A stretch of 64,000 nt of DNA from Octopus sinensis (taxonomy: Eukaryota). A program made the translations under genes and the position numbers. The stretch lies in assembly GCF_006345805.1 (NCBI RefSeq), contig NC_042998.1, positions 26,598,001-26,662,000 on the forward strand, in the 5' to 3' direction. Positions 60,756 to 64,000 of the stretch are shown here, piece after piece (the first letter of the stretch is position 1; each line of letters begins with the position of its first letter). The notes beneath the pieces were generated by a model. It did not search any database. It was given only the letters and a program-made list of their open reading frames with translations, and was not told where the DNA came from.

Positions 60756-63354
60756 TGCATACATATACACAAACATACACATGTGTGTATATATATATAT
60801 ATATATATACATACATACACACAAACATACACATGTATATGTGTGTGTATATATATATATATATACATGTGTGTGTATGTATATCCATACATACATATAC
60901 GTATACATTTGTGTATGTATATATATAAGTCCTAAGAGCTGGGTCAAAAGAAAATATCTGAAATGTGGTGAGGTGGGTGCAGTCAACATATTCAGTAAAA
61001 AAAAAGCAGCAGTTGAAGAGAAAAGTTAGTTAGCCAAAAAAAATTATGTGGAAATGTTTACCATTCAGTCGAATGTTCTTCTTCTAAATGTTATTAATAA
61101 GAGAAAGAAACAGATTGCTCCCAGTGTCAGTAAAGTACTCTTTACAGAAGTGAACATTTGTCAATAATTATTTAGATCAAAGTTGTTTTGGGATGGTTCT
61201 TAAGTCTTAACCATACTGAGTAGATGACATTTCCAATGGAAATTGCTACTGATAGCACATTCCAACATCAGTAGTTTAGGAAATGAAACAGGGAAATAAC
61301 TAGGAAGCAAAAATCATTTTCTAGACTAGAATAATAGCTTTACATAAGAGATGCTATTTTTATGTCCCTTCGTCTCAAAATAAAACAACAAGCATCCACT
61401 TTGATGATTTTTCTGTAGAGAATGTGGGAAGTGATTGTCGGCTGATTTAATTAGGGGACTGTGACAATAATTTTGGCTTTACCATTCTTTAATGTATTAA
61501 AGTTTGGAATCACAGCTGATTGATTTGTCAGGAGGATGACCTACCGTCTTGAATAAAAACACTTAACTTATTGACTCGATCTTTTTACTTTCATGTAATA
61601 ACACAGCTCAGAGCTGGAAGCGTTGTTTCATTAGTTAACAATGTTGATACTAAATCTCCCAATACAGCTACCACCTCCCTATACACTCCACTCACCCACC
61701 CATAAACGAAATCAGGAAATTATCTCAGTATATCCAAATCTGGAAGGTCATGGATCTACAGAAGTTGGCCCATGATTAATTTGCATTCGAAAATATCTAC
61801 GACCCAGAGTTTGTTTCTCTACATAAGAATACTATTCCTGTTCAAATTTAAAAATCATGCACTCTTAGAACATTAAATTTTTTGAAAAATGTGTCCCTAC
61901 TTAAAACTGATCAGCTTCTATTATTTTAAAAATTCTGAAATCATTTGATATTGGTTAATGGTTAAACGAAAAACAAAAAAAAAACAAAAACCTAATATTT
62001 TCAAAGACTAGTTTTGTGATATTTTGTTTTAATTTAGGCATATAAAACCATATAAAATTTCTTTTATGCAGAATTTTTCTCGACGCAAATAATGAAAGTT
62101 AAATGAGTTTTTAAACATGCTTAAGTAAACTAACACCCACTCTGATAGTAACAACATACATTGTAGTTAATGCAATTATTAGAGATCTGATAGTAAGCCA
62201 ACATTTTTAGATTTAGTTTCCTGTTCATATTAGTGTTTATAAAACATACTGTTAAAACAGTATAGGGAAACCGTCGTATTAAGAAGAGGATCTCTATTCT
62301 GTGTTTAAAGATTTTATTTTGAAAGTTTAAATTGTATGACCTTTTTTCCTTTGTGGCAGTGCTCTGCAGTCTCATCTATCTTCAAATAACTAAGCATTAA
62401 ACACAAAAGACTATGGCAGCCTGTTTATGTTATAGAAAAAGAAATAATAATGAAAAAGAGACAAATTTTATGAAACACTAATGGACTGGAATGCAAGTAG
62501 GAAATTAGGTAGCCATTGATACTGTTTCAGAGAGTAAAATAGAACCAATTAGAAGTTTTTAATGGTATTTATTTGGAGACTAGCTTTACTGAAACTCACA
62601 AAACATTTTTATTGAAACCTATTAGGCAAATATCAAAAGTTTAATATAATTTTCTTTATGTTAGTTGCATAAACTCATGCTTAAACCAAACAAGCCAGTG
62701 AGAGAGAGCTTTCATGCAGTAGCTCAAACTGCAAGAAATAGTAAGTAAATCTTCTGAAAATTACAGCCTATCATTTTAAAAATGCAATGATACATTAGAT
62801 AATGTGGTCCTGGATAAGATATGTCTGAAAAAAGGGAGGACGGTCGTGGTTGGAACAACTTCAATCAGTGGTAAACTGAGGCTAAACAGCAACAGCTAAA
62901 GAATATTCTATTTCTAAACATAGAAATACTCATACAAATATGTGTATGGATTCCTTTTTTTTCTTTCTCGTGATTTTAGTTATTGAACAATGGCCACGCT
63001 GGAGCACCACCTTTATGATTGATAGCATTGATCCTGATACTTATTTCAGTCTTGTGCCTATTTTTATCAATATCTATTTGTTGAATCATTAGTTTATAGT
63101 TTTTCACACAACACAATGTTTTGGGCTTTTTTTTTGGCGGGGGGTTGCTTTTCTTTTTTGCAACCAAAGTTGAATCCAACACATAAATATGAACATCAAC
63201 CCTGCTATAAACACACACACACGCACAGACATATTTCAATCAAAACAAATTAAATGATTGCTTAAAGTCACTCAATATAAATCTAAAATTTCAATGACAT
63301 TGAACAAAAAGATTACAGATTGATATTATGTTTCTATTATAGCTAGTTATGTAT

Positions 63355-63393
<39 letters not shown>

Positions 63394-63394
<1 letters not shown>

Positions 63395-63775
63395 GAGCAA
63401 AACGCCCCCCCCCCTCCGTCCAATGGATGTTACTGAGTTGTCAAACATTTAAACCAAATTTTCTCAAAACAACTTGTCCAACCGTCCCATAGGCCTTCCC
63501 TTTCAGAAACATTGATTTAACCTAAATTTGAGACACCAGCAAAAGAAGGAATAAAGATAAACTTTTTTTCTAGTCCAAGAAAAACAATTTTACAAATGCA
63601 CGTTCCCATGACTTTATTGATCACATTATCGATTTTTGTAATTTTTTCAAGACTTATACACACCATGATACCGTTCGTATCTACATATCAAATTTGAGCG
63701 CAATTGGATGGAGGATGCCAGAGATCCTAGAAGACACAAAACCCAGGCAGGCAGAAGGGAATTTTATATAATAGA
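63394..63775 (-). mobile_element. Non-autonomous Helitron-like element (same family as 15670-16217)
   Basis: Shares both ends with the 15.7-kb copy but lacks part of the middle. A|TC 5' end and CTCA|T 3' end. Confidence 0.6.
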
Positions 63776-63781
63776 TATATG

Positions 63782-64000
63782 CAGGGTGGTCGAAAAGTAG
63801 ATTTATAGTTATCATGTAGGCACTTTAAATTTCTTTAAAAACTTTTTATTACATTTAAATATCTATCTTACAATCATATTGTTTATAAACATCTTAAACA
63901 GACAATGCTTAATCTCTCAGATGCTCAAAATGTCCTCCTTCAACATTGCAACATTCTTCAAACCTCTTGAGAACACTCTGACACACAGTGCGGCACAACT
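63782..64000 (-). mobile_element. 3' end of a Tc1/mariner element running off the window
   Basis: TA then CAGGGTGGTCGAAAAGT terminus. The minus strand gives SVLKRFEECCNVEGGHFEHLRD*, the typical GGHFE C-terminus. Confidence 0.75.

Overview
AT-rich eukaryotic non-coding DNA dominated by repeats. The SINE families and (TA)n load suggest an octopus genome, most likely an intron or intergenic region (inferred from remembered repeat families, not verified). No host protein-coding gene can be called with confidence, and most supplied ORFs are microsatellite or SINE artefacts. The window holds: a near full-length decayed CR1-group LINE (23.6-28.2 kb, minus) whose ORF1 has two CCCH-type fingers; a cluster of restriction-like-endonuclease (R4/Dong-type) LINE 3' ends (36.8-40.2 kb); Tc1/mariner relics of DD41D, maT-like and DD34D types; a piggyBac deletion derivative and MITEs; non-autonomous Helitrons/Helentrons; and several tRNA-derived SINE families (called A, B, C, D and V here). 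The most notable result is seven type-I hammerhead-ribozyme-like motifs in unrelated short repeats. One has an intact catalytic core at the tip of a 134-bp foldback (8.7 kb). Another sits in a rod-like, G-U-rich unit with a 343-bp period (59.3-59.7 kb). Together they point to a Penelope/retrozyme-like family of self-cleaving RNAs. The 3' tail of SINE family A also shares a stem-loop motif with the CR1-group LINE 3' end, identifying a probable SINE-LINE partnership. Repeat boundaries are approximate unless target-site duplications or termini are quoted.
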